Both the position numbers and the translations under genes were made by a program. Source: Candidatus Altiarchaeota archaeon (GTDB lineage Archaea; Altiarchaeota; Altiarchaeia; IMC4; QMZM01). Taken from it: a stretch of DNA of 64,000 bases. The stretch covers positions 1 through 64,000 of the forward strand of contig JAFGDV010000012.1 of NCBI GenBank assembly GCA_016931955.1, in the 5' to 3' direction. How positions within the stretch are numbered: position 1 is the stretch's first letter; each line of letters opens with the position of its first letter. This document shows, piece after piece, positions 36,670-47,385 of this stretch. The notes under the pieces were generated by a model, which worked only from the letters and a program-made list of their open reading frames with translations, had not been told where the DNA came from and searched no databases.

Positions 36670-37698
36670 ATGGATACTACAGTATCAATTGTTACGTTAT
36701 GCGATACAGATCCGGATAGATCTCGTTATGGTGGAGTGCATATCAACAAGAGGATAGAACCTACTTGGCGAGGAGTAACCGACGGGGTGCCTAAACTAAC
36801 AAAAGTATTTGATTCAATCAATAAAGAAAAACCTAAAATTACTTGGTTTCTTAGATCAGATGACCAGATGAAAACTCTCTATGGAGAGTCTGTAGGTCCA
36901 ATTAAGGTGTTAATGGATGTGTTGGTAGAATTTAAGGATAGAGGTGATGAGATTGGTTGGCATCCTCACTTATGGAGATGGGATGAGAAGTTTGATATTT
37001 GGCATCAAGAAACCGATGATTTAGAATGGATTGATATATGTTTAGGTGAGGGTTATAAAGGATTAAATAAGTATTTTGATTTACATATTGTTAGGATGGG
37101 GTGGGATTTTCACTCTAATTCTACAATGATTAAATGTGACAAGTTAGGTCTTAAAGCTGACTTTTCGGCTTTGCCCGGGCTTAGAAACTTGGAATATGTT
37201 CATAAAAAAAGTAAACTCTTACAAAATACGTATGATTGGAATATAACACAAGAAGATCCATATAGACCTTCCACATCTGACTACAGGAGACCCGCTATTA
37301 ACTGTGAAGATTCGCTAAGTATTTTAGAATTTCCAGTTACAGTATTTGAGATTCCACTATATTTATATGTGCTAAAATCAATAAAAAATTTTTCTTTTGA
37401 TTACAGACTGCGGAAGAGTGTTATGCGGATAACCAAGGATCCTGCATTTTTTGAACCTGGAGCTAGAATGGTTTTCAAAAGAGCTAAGGAAAAAAAGGCT
37501 CCTAGTTTTATGTGCTCATATTTTCACCCAGATGAACTTCTACCGTTAAGGGGATTATTTTCCATCTCAAATTTCAAACGCAATTTAGAGATTATTGACA
37601 AACTATCAAGAGAATACAACGTAGGCTACAAATTTCTTACTGCTTCAGAAGCGGTTGAAAACTTTGTTACATACTCTGGTAAACAAAGTAGTTGTTAG
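36670..37698 (+). CDS. polysaccharide deacetylase-like protein
   Basis: Motifs LCDTD, ITWF, EIGWHPH, RMGW and YFHPDEL. Confidence 0.7.
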   Translation: MDTTVSIVTLCDTDPDRSRYGGVHINKRIEPTWRGVTDGVPKLTKVFDSINKEKPKITWFLRSDDQMKTLYGESVGPIKVLMDVLVEFKDRGDEIGWHPHLWRWDEKFDIWHQETDDLEWIDICLGEGYKGLNKYFDLHIVRMGWDFHSNSTMIKCDKLGLKADFSALPGLRNLEYVHKKSKLLQNTYDWNITQEDPYRPSTSDYRRPAINCEDSLSILEFPVTVFEIPLYLYVLKSIKNFSFDYRLRKSVMRITKDPAFFEPGARMVFKRAKEKKAPSFMCSYFHPDELLPLRGLFSISNFKRNLEIIDKLSREYNVGYKFLTASEAVENFVTYSGKQSSC

Positions 37699-38853
37699 GT
37701 TGTATATGGACACAAAAAAGGGTAATGGGTCATCTAAAGCCAACACAGCAAATATCTTTTTTCCTCTGATGGAGTGCAACCAACCCCTCCAAGTTAACTT
37801 TTTTTCACATAGCAGTTTGTAGGCTGATTTGAAATCATTAATCAAATAAATCCATTTAACACGATCTTCTTGAGAATTTATAGGAGGATTATCCTTCCCA
37901 GTTATGTCAATATATGCTATGTAAGGCACATTAAGACCACACTTCGTCGATAACCTGTTCTGCCAGCCAGTTCGGGGATTTACTTCAATAAGCTTGAATT
38001 CGCCGCTAGCAGCATCCTTCTTAAATTCCACATCAGCGATTCCATTATACCCAATCGCACTCAAAAAGGAAGTTGCAAATTCTGATATCTCTGGAACCCA
38101 GATACTCTCACACAAAGCACCATTACCAAAACGATGAGGCCATTGGCGTATTCTTTTAAAAGTGAAAGTTGCTAATGGTTTAAAATTTTTGTTCATATAT
38201 AAATGGGCTAGATACATCATATCATCACCACCCGGCACTATCTCTTGTAATAGTACTTCATAACCCTTTCGACGTGCCTTCACATATCCGTCTAAGAGTT
38301 CCTCTTGGGAGTATGCTTCGAAGACTTTTACACCAAACTCTTCTACAAAACTCGCTGAATGACTTGGTTTGATTATACAAGGATAATCAATCTCCTCACT
38401 GATTTTCTTAAGATCCTGATCATCTCTCGGAAAATAGGTTTTTGGGTGGGGCACAGAACTTTTAGCTAAAGATTTATAGAAGTCAGCTTTATTCACAAGT
38501 TGTTCAATAACTTTAGGCTTACCAATAACAAAATCAAAATATTTTTCTAACCGCATCTGATGTTTAGAAAGAACAACAACACTTATGTCCCCTGTGGGAA
38601 ATAATACCGCTCTTTTATCTTCTAAACCAAGGGATAACAAAAAGTTTATAAAAACTTCTTCCGAAACTAATGGATTTGGTGATATTAATTTCCTTCCGAA
38701 TCGGGAGTATAGCCCCACAGCTCTTTTATCCCATGTAACACCGATAACAGGGACTTTTTGTTCACTAAGACTTCGCAAGACGCCTAGACCATTAAGGCCT
38801 AATTCAATTACTATTGCTGGAGGTTTACTTGAGACTTCCTTTATTTTTTCCAT
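37645..38853 (-). CDS. ATP-grasp carboxylate-amine ligase (D-aspartate ligase-like)
   Basis: Motifs GLGVLRSL, YPCIIKP, LQEIVPG and VEFKKD...KLIEVNPR. Confidence 0.85.
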   Translation of the reverse strand: MEKIKEVSSKPPAIVIELGLNGLGVLRSLSEQKVPVIGVTWDKRAVGLYSRFGRKLISPNPLVSEEVFINFLLSLGLEDKRAVLFPTGDISVVVLSKHQMRLEKYFDFVIGKPKVIEQLVNKADFYKSLAKSSVPHPKTYFPRDDQDLKKISEEIDYPCIIKPSHSASFVEEFGVKVFEAYSQEELLDGYVKARRKGYEVLLQEIVPGGDDMMYLAHLYMNKNFKPLATFTFKRIRQWPHRFGNGALCESIWVPEISEFATSFLSAIGYNGIADVEFKKDAASGEFKLIEVNPRTGWQNRLSTKCGLNVPYIAYIDITGKDNPPINSQEDRVKWIYLINDFKSAYKLLCEKKLTWRGWLHSIRGKKIFAVLALDDPLPFFVSIYNLTTTLFTRVCNKVFNRF

Positions 38854-38945
38854 TATGGCATACTAAGGGTTTTATAGCCTATAGGGATATATTATTGTCT
38901 AATACCCTTATTCTATTATCAAAAGAATAGATATATTTAACCAAC

Positions 38946-40106
38946 ATGAAACTAGCTCTTCTTGGACCTTATCCTCTAGATGCCAAAAACATTCAGGGAG
39001 GCGCACATGCCCACATATACGCATTAACTGAGCACTTTAGACACTATGCAGATTTATACGTACACGTCATTACTATATCACCAGAACTGGAGGACGATAA
39101 AACAATTGTGAAGGATAACATCACAGTACATTATATAGCCTCAAAAGGGCCCTTTAGATTGTTATCTGCCCTTACAACAGATCGGAAGAGGATAATCAAG
39201 AAAACAAAGGAAATCAATCCAGATATTGTCCATGCCCATTGTACCGTCTCGTATGGATTCCCAGCGAGCTCATTATCTAAGAAATTTCCAACAATCATGA
39301 CAGTCCATGGAATAAGTTCTGAGGAGATAAAGACGTTTAATGGGCTTTCAAAGTATCCTAAATGGATCATAGAAACAATAATTGAGAGACACGTACTAAA
39401 AAAGATAAAGGATATAATCGTCGTATCGCATTATGCTAGTGGAAAAATCGAACCATTATGTAGAAAAAACAAGATTTATATAATACCTGTAGGAATTAAT
39501 CGAGATTTTTTTGAGATAAAAAATAACGAAAAAAAAGGTGAACTATTATTCGTTGGTGGTATAGAACCAAGAAAAGGTTTATTATACCTCTTCAAGTCTG
39601 TGAAAATCATGAAAGAGATCATCCCCACAATAAGGCTACATGTCGTAGGTAGAGTTCGAAAAAAAGGGTATTATAATAGACTTAGGGGATATGTGGATAC
39701 AAATGACCTAACGGAGAACATAAGGTTTCTTGGCTCCTTAGATAAAGAGGGGCTTAAGATGAGATATAGTGAATGTTCAGTATTTGTTCTCCCCTCCCAA
39801 GAAGAATCTTTGGGTTTAGTTCTTGTGGAGGCCATGGCAGCTGGAAAGCCTGTTGTGGCTTCAGGTATTGGGGGAATACCTGATGTAGTTGATAATAATG
39901 AAAATGGTTTTTTAGTTGAATACGGAAACTCAAAACAACTTGCTGAAAGGATTACTGTACTATTAAACGATAAAAATCTAAGAGAGACCATGGGTACGAA
40001 AGGTCGTGAGAAAGCCAAAGAATTCAAAAATGAGGTTATTGCTAAACAGATATATGATTTATACAATAATATATTAGGTGAGTGCATTCATGGAAAAAAG
40101 AGTTAA
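38946..40106 (+). CDS. glycosyltransferase family 4
   Basis: Motifs RKG and [14 protein letters not shown]. Confidence 0.9.
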   Translation: MKLALLGPYPLDAKNIQGGAHAHIYALTEHFRHYADLYVHVITISPELEDDKTIVKDNITVHYIASKGPFRLLSALTTDRKRIIKKTKEINPDIVHAHCTVSYGFPASSLSKKFPTIMTVHGISSEEIKTFNGLSKYPKWIIETIIERHVLKKIKDIIVVSHYASGKIEPLCRKNKIYIIPVGINRDFFEIKNNEKKGELLFVGGIEPRKGLLYLFKSVKIMKEIIPTIRLHVVGRVRKKGYYNRLRGYVDTNDLTENIRFLGSLDKEGLKMRYSECSVFVLPSQEESLGLVLVEAMAAGKPVVASGIGGIPDVVDNNENGFLVEYGNSKQLAERITVLLNDKNLRETMGTKGREKAKEFKNEVIAKQIYDLYNNILGECIHGKKS

Positions 40107-40605
40107 TAGTTTAGCACATATCCTGTATTTTTTAGTTAAACCGATACCAAGTATTATCGGCAATAAACTTCGATATCTTGTAGCCCGAACTTTCAATAAG
40201 GATTTTGGCAAAGGGGTTGTCATAAGAAAAAATACTTTTCTCGACGTCAAAAACATTAAAATAGGGGATTATGTTTCGATTGATGAAGGTTGTGTGTTTA
40301 CATCCATTAGAGGGGGAAAAATTGAGATAGGGAACTATACAATAATATCTTCTAGAGTCAAGTTCTACCCTATGAGTTTTAAATTCGATTCAAGAGACGA
40401 ATTAATCAAAAATCAGGGAGCTAATAGAAAGCCGATAATTGTTGGTAGAGATGTGTGGATTGGTGCAGATTCTATCATCTTAGGTGGTGTTAAGATAGGC
40501 GATGGAACGATAGTTGGGGCGGGATCAGTAGTTTCAAAGGATATTCCAGCATACGCTGTTGTCGTGGGTAATCCGGCCAGGATTATAAGGGAAAGAGGCA
40601 CATGA
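40090..40605 (+). CDS. hexapeptide-repeat O-acyltransferase
   Basis: [23 protein letters not shown]...GNPAR; AGGTGA RBS before ATG 40090. Confidence 0.88.
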   Translation: MEKRVNSLAHILYFLVKPIPSIIGNKLRYLVARTFNKDFGKGVVIRKNTFLDVKNIKIGDYVSIDEGCVFTSIRGGKIEIGNYTIISSRVKFYPMSFKFDSRDELIKNQGANRKPIIVGRDVWIGADSIILGGVKIGDGTIVGAGSVVSKDIPAYAVVVGNPARIIRERGT

Positions 40606-40650
40606 TAATAAGTTAAAGCAGTATGTGAGAATAGTCACTCTAGTGGTTAT

Positions 40651-41214
40651 ATGAAAATAAAGAAGAAGCATATCATCAAATTACTAAATGAGATGAACCC
40701 TCTTAATGAGTTCCCTCATTTAATTTACGCATGCGTTAAGTGGATTCCGTATACAATTGGCAGTTATCTCAGAGTTTTGGTCGCAAAAATATTTTTGAAA
40801 GATGTTGGCAGTGGCGTCTATATCCGAAAGAATGCAGTATTTGATTTTAAGTACATCAAGATTGGGGATGGCGTCTTGCTTGGAGAAGACTGTATTTTGG
40901 CTGCTCGAGTTGGTGGGGAAATTGTCATAGGCGATAATTCATTGATTGGCGGGCGGGTTAAGTTTTATACAATTAACCATAAATTCGACGACCCATGTAA
41001 ATTGATTAAGAACCAGGGTGTGGTGTATGGCCCTATCCTTATCGGGTCTGATGTGTGGATTGGTGCAGATTCTATCATCTTAGGCGGAGTTAGGATAGGG
41101 GATGGAGCAGTTGTGGGCGCAGGTTCTGTAGTTACAAAAGACGTACCACCATACACAGTGGTTGCTGGAAATCCAGCAAAAAAAATAAAGTCTAGGGATA
41201 GATCACAGAACTGA
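40651..41214 (+). CDS. hexapeptide-repeat O-acyltransferase (paralog)
   Basis: NHKF and [19 protein letters not shown]...GNPAK. Confidence 0.88.
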   Translation: MKIKKKHIIKLLNEMNPLNEFPHLIYACVKWIPYTIGSYLRVLVAKIFLKDVGSGVYIRKNAVFDFKYIKIGDGVLLGEDCILAARVGGEIVIGDNSLIGGRVKFYTINHKFDDPCKLIKNQGVVYGPILIGSDVWIGADSIILGGVRIGDGAVVGAGSVVTKDVPPYTVVAGNPAKKIKSRDRSQN

Positions 41215-42357
41215 TGAGTAGATTTTTTCAATAACTTCAATACGTTTAGCCCACGTGAAATTACTGTTCACTCGTCTGACACCATTAGCACCCATTTTCT
41301 TGGGTAGGATATCATCATCAAGCAGCTCATCAATCTTATTAGCTAACTCTATATGATTTTCAGGTCTTACCAAGAAACCTGTTTCTCCATCCCTCACTAC
41401 CTCGGGTATAGCCCCTACTTGGGCGGATACAACCGGCAGACCACATGCCATTGCCTCTGCGAGAACGATACCAAAGCTCTCTATCCTAGATGGCATGACA
41501 AATACAGATGCCTTATTTAGTAATTGCACTATCTCCTTTTGTTGTAGAAAGCCATGGAAATTAACTTTTCTAGTTAAGCCCTCTTTTGCGCATATGTTTT
41601 TGAGGTGACTTTTGTAGTTCTTGGCTCCTTCTCGCCCAACAATATCAAGGAATGTGTTGGGGTGATTTTTTAGGACTTCCTTGAACGCAAAAAGTAGAGT
41701 GTCTATACCTTTTTGAGGTTCCAATCGTCCCACTGTTATTATTCGCTGTTCTCGTTCTAATCCAAAGTCCTTGAAAACAAAAGTATCGACACCAGGATAT
41801 GCGACTTCTATCTTGTTTTCGTTAATCTTATAAATCTTCTTCAATTCCTCTTTACTGTATCTACTCGGAACAATTGCTTTTGTGCTTAATTTTGTGGCTT
41901 GCTTGTCTAGATGCAAATGCAATGACCATCGTATAGCCTTATGGTTAAGTATTCCCTCTTTTCTTATGTCTGTAAGAGAGTAGGGATAAAGACGTGGATA
42001 ATGTACTTCATGAACCAAGGGTTTCTTTTTTAATTTCGCCCAGAAATTGGTTAGAATCATCTCAGGTTTTGCGCCATGTATTATGTCAATGTTTCTGATA
42101 TTAATCGATTTTCTCCACCAAGAGACTGCTGAACGCACATCTAATGGCCTGAATCCAGTGAACTTAGATGCTGAATAGAATATTATGCCGTCTATCTTAG
42201 GTAGAGCAATATACGATTGCTTGGGTAGAACCACATCCAGAGTGTGACCTCTTTTTGCAAGTTCTTCCATCGTTTTCCACAGAACAATCTCTCCACCTCC
42301 GACGCCACTTTCAGTTGGTGTGCCTGCTACGAACATCAGGATTTTATAGGTCTCCAT
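41203..42357 (-). CDS. glycosyltransferase family 4
   Basis: Motifs GRLEPQKG and [14 protein letters not shown]. Confidence 0.9.
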   Translation of the reverse strand: METYKILMFVAGTPTESGVGGGEIVLWKTMEELAKRGHTLDVVLPKQSYIALPKIDGIIFYSASKFTGFRPLDVRSAVSWWRKSINIRNIDIIHGAKPEMILTNFWAKLKKKPLVHEVHYPRLYPYSLTDIRKEGILNHKAIRWSLHLHLDKQATKLSTKAIVPSRYSKEELKKIYKINENKIEVAYPGVDTFVFKDFGLEREQRIITVGRLEPQKGIDTLLFAFKEVLKNHPNTFLDIVGREGAKNYKSHLKNICAKEGLTRKVNFHGFLQQKEIVQLLNKASVFVMPSRIESFGIVLAEAMACGLPVVSAQVGAIPEVVRDGETGFLVRPENHIELANKIDELLDDDILPKKMGANGVRRVNSNFTWAKRIEVIEKIYSSVL

Positions 42358-42361
42358 TATC

Positions 42362-43516
42362 TTAGACTAATTTTTCATATTCTTTTATGGCTTTTTTGGC
42401 TATTATTCCCCAGTCATAGTCTTTTATGATTTTCTTGGACTCTTCACCCATCTTCTTTAGAAGATTTTTCTCGTAAACCGTTATCACGGCTTCTGATATT
42501 GCATTACAGTCTGCTGTGGGCACCAACAACCCATTAACGCCATCTTTGACTACCTGCGGGTTCTCAGACGTGTTGGTCGCTATTACTGGAAGTTCAACGC
42601 TCATCGCCTCTAGAATAACGAGCGGAAGCCCTTCATAGAGAGTGGGTGTCACCGACAAATCTGCAAGTTTATAGTAGTTAAAGAGGAGTTCATCGTCGAC
42701 ATTTCTAAAATGTTTTATTATGTCTCCCAGACCAAGTTTTTTTATCAGTGAGTAGACTCTTTCTTCATCAGTTCCGGTTCCGACAAGTATCAGTTTAACG
42801 TTTTCTATCTCTTTTCTAATCTTATCAAGAGCCTCTATTAGATAGTATACCCCCTTCACTTTTTCTATCCTATTCACATTTATGATGATAAAGTCATCAT
42901 CTTTAAGCCCTAAGTCCTCTCTCGTCACAGAAGCTTTAGATACGTATTCTTCTATTTGGGAAAGATCAACGCCATCAGGTATGTTGAATATCTTCTTTCT
43001 TTCGACATCGAAAAGTTCTGCTATTTCTCTAGCTTGTAATTCTCCTTCAGAGGCTATGGCTTCTGATCTGTTCATACAAATTTTTAGTGGATAGTTAACT
43101 GGCGTCAAGAAAAACCTGTTTTTAAAGCCCTTCGCTTTATACCATTCGTTACCAAATGCTTGGACTACTATTGGTTTCCTGTTTTTTGACAGTATGTAGG
43201 GAAATGATGTTATCTCGTAGGCGTGCAGTATATCAAATTCTTTCTTTTTCAGGTATTTGGACAGATTTATGTTGAAGTGGTGGTATGTTCTATAGAATCT
43301 GAATCCTCGACCGTATTGAACTCTTGGAGAGATAAAACGATATTTTACACCATCAAGATTTTCTGTCTTTTTTCTGCCTTCTTTTTCTGGTGAAGAGATT
43401 ACTTCGACGTCAACTCCTTGTTCTGCTATGTGTTTCGCAAGGAAATAGACGTATCTTTCCATCCCCCCATATCCATGGAAGGGGAAAACCCACCTAGAGG
43501 ACATCATAACTTTCAT
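42362..43516 (-). CDS. glycosyltransferase family 4
   Basis: Motifs GGMERY and EGLPLVILEAM. Confidence 0.9.
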   Translation of the reverse strand: MKVMMSSRWVFPFHGYGGMERYVYFLAKHIAEQGVDVEVISSPEKEGRKKTENLDGVKYRFISPRVQYGRGFRFYRTYHHFNINLSKYLKKKEFDILHAYEITSFPYILSKNRKPIVVQAFGNEWYKAKGFKNRFFLTPVNYPLKICMNRSEAIASEGELQAREIAELFDVERKKIFNIPDGVDLSQIEEYVSKASVTREDLGLKDDDFIIINVNRIEKVKGVYYLIEALDKIRKEIENVKLILVGTGTDEERVYSLIKKLGLGDIIKHFRNVDDELLFNYYKLADLSVTPTLYEGLPLVILEAMSVELPVIATNTSENPQVVKDGVNGLLVPTADCNAISEAVITVYEKNLLKKMGEESKKIIKDYDWGIIAKKAIKEYEKLV

Positions 43517-43630
43517 CCTATCGTGATATGCCTATATGTTATAACTAATATTGTATATTGTCATCTATTAGCATTTGTTAAAGTATCTATATTACATATA
43601 TACAACATACCACATAGGTTAAATAATAAA

Positions 43631-44827
43631 ATGAGGATTCTGTTCATCCACGACAACCACAAACATCTAGGTGGGGCTGAAACATATCTATTCCAACTCA
43701 TGAAGCTACTAAAGGGTAGAGGACATAGTGTTTACTTTTTCTCAATCGACAAGAATGTTGAAGCAAGAACAGAGGATATCTTCGTCTACAAAGAAAAAAG
43801 AAAGAACAGATTAGCAAAGCACTTATCCTATTACTATCTCGATTGGGGCATATACAAAGCCCTCAAGAATTGGATAAAGGAGATAAAACCTGACGTAATC
43901 CATCTGCAGAATATTCAGAAATGTCCTATAACGTTGCTTCTTGCAGCAACCAGTTCAGGAATCCCCGTGGTATATACTGTCCACGACGTAGGAATCCTGT
44001 GTCTGACTGGTTTATGTATCAAGCCTTCTGGAGAAGTGTGCGGAGGAGGATTTGGGGTGAAATGCGTATGGAGTGGTTGTGTTAGCCTTAAAGGTTACTT
44101 ATACAATTTTCTGCCGAAGATTATCAAAAAATATCTCATCAAAAACAGGATAAAGCTGATTATCTCTCCAAGCAGAGCATTCGAAAAACTTTTGGGAGAT
44201 GATGGATACGCGAACGTGGCCCACATAAAAAACTTCATAGATATTCAAAATTGTGATGTTGATCAAACAAAAATTGAGAGGGGTAATGTATTATTTGTTG
44301 GTATGTTGGAGCAGCATAAGGGAGTATATCCCTTGATGAATGCATTTTCTAGCGTATCCAATAAAATACCTTCGGCTGTCCTACACATAGTTGGAGAAGG
44401 TCGCGAAAAGGAAGGTATGACAAAAAAGGCCAACGAGTTGGGTTTTCTTGAGAAGGTGGTTTTTCATGGGAAAATTCCTAAAGAGGAGCTTGCAACATTT
44501 TATCAGAAAGCAAACTTGGTGGTTTTCCCCTCTGTTTGCATGGAGAATAGTCCCTACGTTATCAGGGAGGCTATGGCTTCAGGTCGGCCTGTTGTAGCCA
44601 GTAACATTGGTGGTATTCCTGAGCTTGTAGTTGAGGGGGAAACTGGTTTTCTGGTTAGCGTTAGAAACCCTGACGAATTGACTGAAAAAATACTTCGATT
44701 GTTGTCTGACTGGAATCTTGCTAAGAAAATGGGGGAAAACGCAAGGAGGATAGCTGAAAAAGATTTAAAAGCGAACGATCATTTGGATAAAATCTTGGAG
44801 GTTTATACTTCACTTTCAGAGAAATGA
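43631..44827 (+). CDS. glycosyltransferase family 4 with a Cys-cluster insert
   Basis: MRILF start; GGAETY; HD..LC...C...C...C..C insert; ENSPYVIREAM. Confidence 0.9.
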   Translation: MRILFIHDNHKHLGGAETYLFQLMKLLKGRGHSVYFFSIDKNVEARTEDIFVYKEKRKNRLAKHLSYYYLDWGIYKALKNWIKEIKPDVIHLQNIQKCPITLLLAATSSGIPVVYTVHDVGILCLTGLCIKPSGEVCGGGFGVKCVWSGCVSLKGYLYNFLPKIIKKYLIKNRIKLIISPSRAFEKLLGDDGYANVAHIKNFIDIQNCDVDQTKIERGNVLFVGMLEQHKGVYPLMNAFSSVSNKIPSAVLHIVGEGREKEGMTKKANELGFLEKVVFHGKIPKEELATFYQKANLVVFPSVCMENSPYVIREAMASGRPVVASNIGGIPELVVEGETGFLVSVRNPDELTEKILRLLSDWNLAKKMGENARRIAEKDLKANDHLDKILEVYTSLSEK

Positions 44828-45678
44828 ACGTATCTATAATAATCCCTTGCTCTGCCGAGCATGCGAAATATCTGGATGATCTGTTTAATGCTTTGTCAAA
44901 GCAGAAGTTTAAGGATGAATTTGAGGTTATCCTAGTTCTGGAAGACGGCAATTGGGGAATGGATGATAAGATAAGTAATTATCCATTGAACGTAAAATTG
45001 TGTTCTTCTCAGCTTAGGAATCCTGGAGCTAATAGAAATATCGCAATAAAGGAAGCTAATGGTAACGTGATTGCATTTATTGACAGTGATTGTGTACCCA
45101 CTGAGAATTGGCTTGAGAACTTGATTAAACCCCTAGGGGAATATGATGGTTCTCAGGGGATTGATTATTCATACGACGACTCCTATCTTGGGAAGTTTAT
45201 GGAAAAACAGCAGTTGAATTTTCTGTATAGCTCAGTTGTAGATGGGCGCTGTAAGTTCATAGACACACGTAATTGCGCCATACGGCTGGATGTGTTAAAC
45301 AAGGTTGGTGGTTTTGATGAGAGATTGGAAACTTCTGAAGACAAAGACCTTGGCTATAGACTCTACAAATCAGGATTCAATGTTGTATTGAATAAAGAGG
45401 CAATAGTCTATCACAGGTGGAGAAAAGGAAGCCTTCTGGGATTCTTTAAATGGGGTATGTGGTATGGCAAAGGCGACTACGTATTCAGGCAGAAATGGGA
45501 TAAAATGTCTTTCCATTCTGGTTTTAGGAGCGCATTAAATGACTTGAAGTCTTCACTTTTTTACTTGATCAAAAGTCTTTGTTCCTCAGGTGATGAAAGA
45601 GAAGTCAATTTGCTTTTTTCTTTCAGACAGTTTGGTGTAGCCTTTGGTAAGCTAAAGGCTATGTTGTTTAAAACCTAA
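44824..45678 (+). CDS. glycosyltransferase family 2
   Basis: Motifs VSIIIP, NRN, FIDSD and GGFDE...EDKDL. Confidence 0.88.
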   Translation: MNVSIIIPCSAEHAKYLDDLFNALSKQKFKDEFEVILVLEDGNWGMDDKISNYPLNVKLCSSQLRNPGANRNIAIKEANGNVIAFIDSDCVPTENWLENLIKPLGEYDGSQGIDYSYDDSYLGKFMEKQQLNFLYSSVVDGRCKFIDTRNCAIRLDVLNKVGGFDERLETSEDKDLGYRLYKSGFNVVLNKEAIVYHRWRKGSLLGFFKWGMWYGKGDYVFRQKWDKMSFHSGFRSALNDLKSSLFYLIKSLCSSGDEREVNLLFSFRQFGVAFGKLKAMLFKT

Positions 45679-46416
45679 CGCCTCTAAGCATTCTCCATTA
45701 GTCAAATATTTTACATCGGGTTTATCGGCTACGTGCTCAAATATCTTTTCCAGTCTATCCCACATTTCCAATTTCTCGACTTCCCATGAATGCCCCCATA
45801 CATGGAATATTCCGCCTTTCTTGAGAACTTTCTCAAAGAGTCGCTTTGCACGCGACTCCCAGCTGAAAATTGACTTCTGGGGCAAAGAATACGTCTTATG
45901 TAATTTTATATTTCTTGGTCGCGGATAGACCTGTACTGTTGTCGCGAACTCGAATGGATCCTTTGGGGGATCTGTAATACCCATCTCAACTGTTCTAGCT
46001 CCTAAGAAACCTGCATCCTTGACTATCGCTTTAGTTTCATTGCTGAAATCGCCATAAGGGTAACAGAACATCTTAACTTCGTGTCCTAGAATATCTTCTA
46101 GATACTCTTTTGATCCCTTTATCTCCTCTCTCACATCTTTTATAGACAGTTGAGATAAATAGGGATGATTTAGTGTGTGTGCACCAATCTCATGTTTCCC
46201 ATCTAAGTCTAACAAATCTTCTTTCGTAAGGGAACCTGTTTTTATACTCTCCTCAACCAGCTGTGACCTGTCTCCCTCATTCAGGGTATCTATTGCTTCA
46301 ATCTTTGGAACATAGAATGTCCCCTTAAGCGAGAATTTGTCCAGTAGCTCTGACAATTGTTTATCTAGGATGTGTCCGTCATCCCAGCTTGTTGTTACAA
46401 AAATCTTTTTTTCCAT
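45652..46416 (-). CDS. polysaccharide deacetylase (NodB family)
   Basis: Motifs TTSWDDG, EIGAHTLNH, FCYPYG and WGHSWE. Confidence 0.88.
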   Translation of the reverse strand: MEKKIFVTTSWDDGHILDKQLSELLDKFSLKGTFYVPKIEAIDTLNEGDRSQLVEESIKTGSLTKEDLLDLDGKHEIGAHTLNHPYLSQLSIKDVREEIKGSKEYLEDILGHEVKMFCYPYGDFSNETKAIVKDAGFLGARTVEMGITDPPKDPFEFATTVQVYPRPRNIKLHKTYSLPQKSIFSWESRAKRLFEKVLKKGGIFHVWGHSWEVEKLEMWDRLEKIFEHVADKPDVKYLTNGECLEALGFKQHSL

Positions 46417-46420
46417 GTTT

Positions 46421-47320
46421 TCACAAACAGATTATTCTACGCTCTATGCTTCCTCGTATTCTACCTAGTTTGTAGGCAAACCATTGTACAAACTGGCAGA
46501 TTGGTATCCCCACATACAATGCTTTGTCCCCTTTGTGGAAAGGCGCATTTAGGATTCTCCATGGAAGGCGGAGGAAAAGAGCTTTAAACATGACTTTATA
46601 GATTCCCCAGTCAATGGTGTGGTTCTTCCCTAGCATGTCTCTGTGTTTTTTAAAGTATCTTACATACCATCTCCCATATCTGTAAAACTGCCGATATAGT
46701 TCATACAATGAGGTTCGATGTTTATGTAAGACGACTGCATCAGGTTCATAAATCAACTTATACCCTGCTTTTGTCACCCTCCAACCCATGTCTACATCCC
46801 CCCCAGAGTACTGTGCTCCGTCAAAGTAGCCCAATTCCTCTATTATTTTCCGTCTGTAGGCAGCATTAGCTGTGACGATGTAGGGGTATTTTTCCTTGAC
46901 ATTCCATTCTTGTATTAGAACGTATTTGGCCGAGTATTTTTCTACCACCGTTTGTGGGTTGTATGCTACAACTTTTCCACCGACGCCTGCGATCTTGTCG
47001 TCTGTGAAGTTCCTCATCAAGTTTTTAAGCCAGTTCTTGTCTACTTCGCAGTCTCCGTCTGTGAATGCCAGTATCTCTCCTTTGGCGTTTTTTACTGCTA
47101 GGTTTCTCGCATAGAATTGCCCTTTTCTGCTTTCGAATAGGTATCTCACAGGATATTTCTGTATCACTTCTTTCGTGGAGTCTGTGGAGTTGTTATCCAC
47201 CACTATGACTTCCGTCTTTTCTTTTGGGTAGTTTAGATCCAGTATAGATTCTATGCATTCTCCCACTATCCTCTCTGCGTTGTGTACTGGCACAATTACT
47301 GAGACAGTTGGTAATTCCAT
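46421..47320 (-). CDS. glycosyltransferase family 2
   Basis: Motifs VSVIVPVHN, VVDNNSTD, ARN and FTDGD. Confidence 0.9.
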   Translation of the reverse strand: MELPTVSVIVPVHNAERIVGECIESILDLNYPKEKTEVIVVDNNSTDSTKEVIQKYPVRYLFESRKGQFYARNLAVKNAKGEILAFTDGDCEVDKNWLKNLMRNFTDDKIAGVGGKVVAYNPQTVVEKYSAKYVLIQEWNVKEKYPYIVTANAAYRRKIIEELGYFDGAQYSGGDVDMGWRVTKAGYKLIYEPDAVVLHKHRTSLYELYRQFYRYGRWYVRYFKKHRDMLGKNHTIDWGIYKVMFKALFLRLPWRILNAPFHKGDKALYVGIPICQFVQWFAYKLGRIRGSIERRIICL

Positions 47321-47385
47321 AATAGCACTTAGAGATTTATGGTAGTAGGATATATATGCTAAGAAGACAAAATAAATAGATCCCT

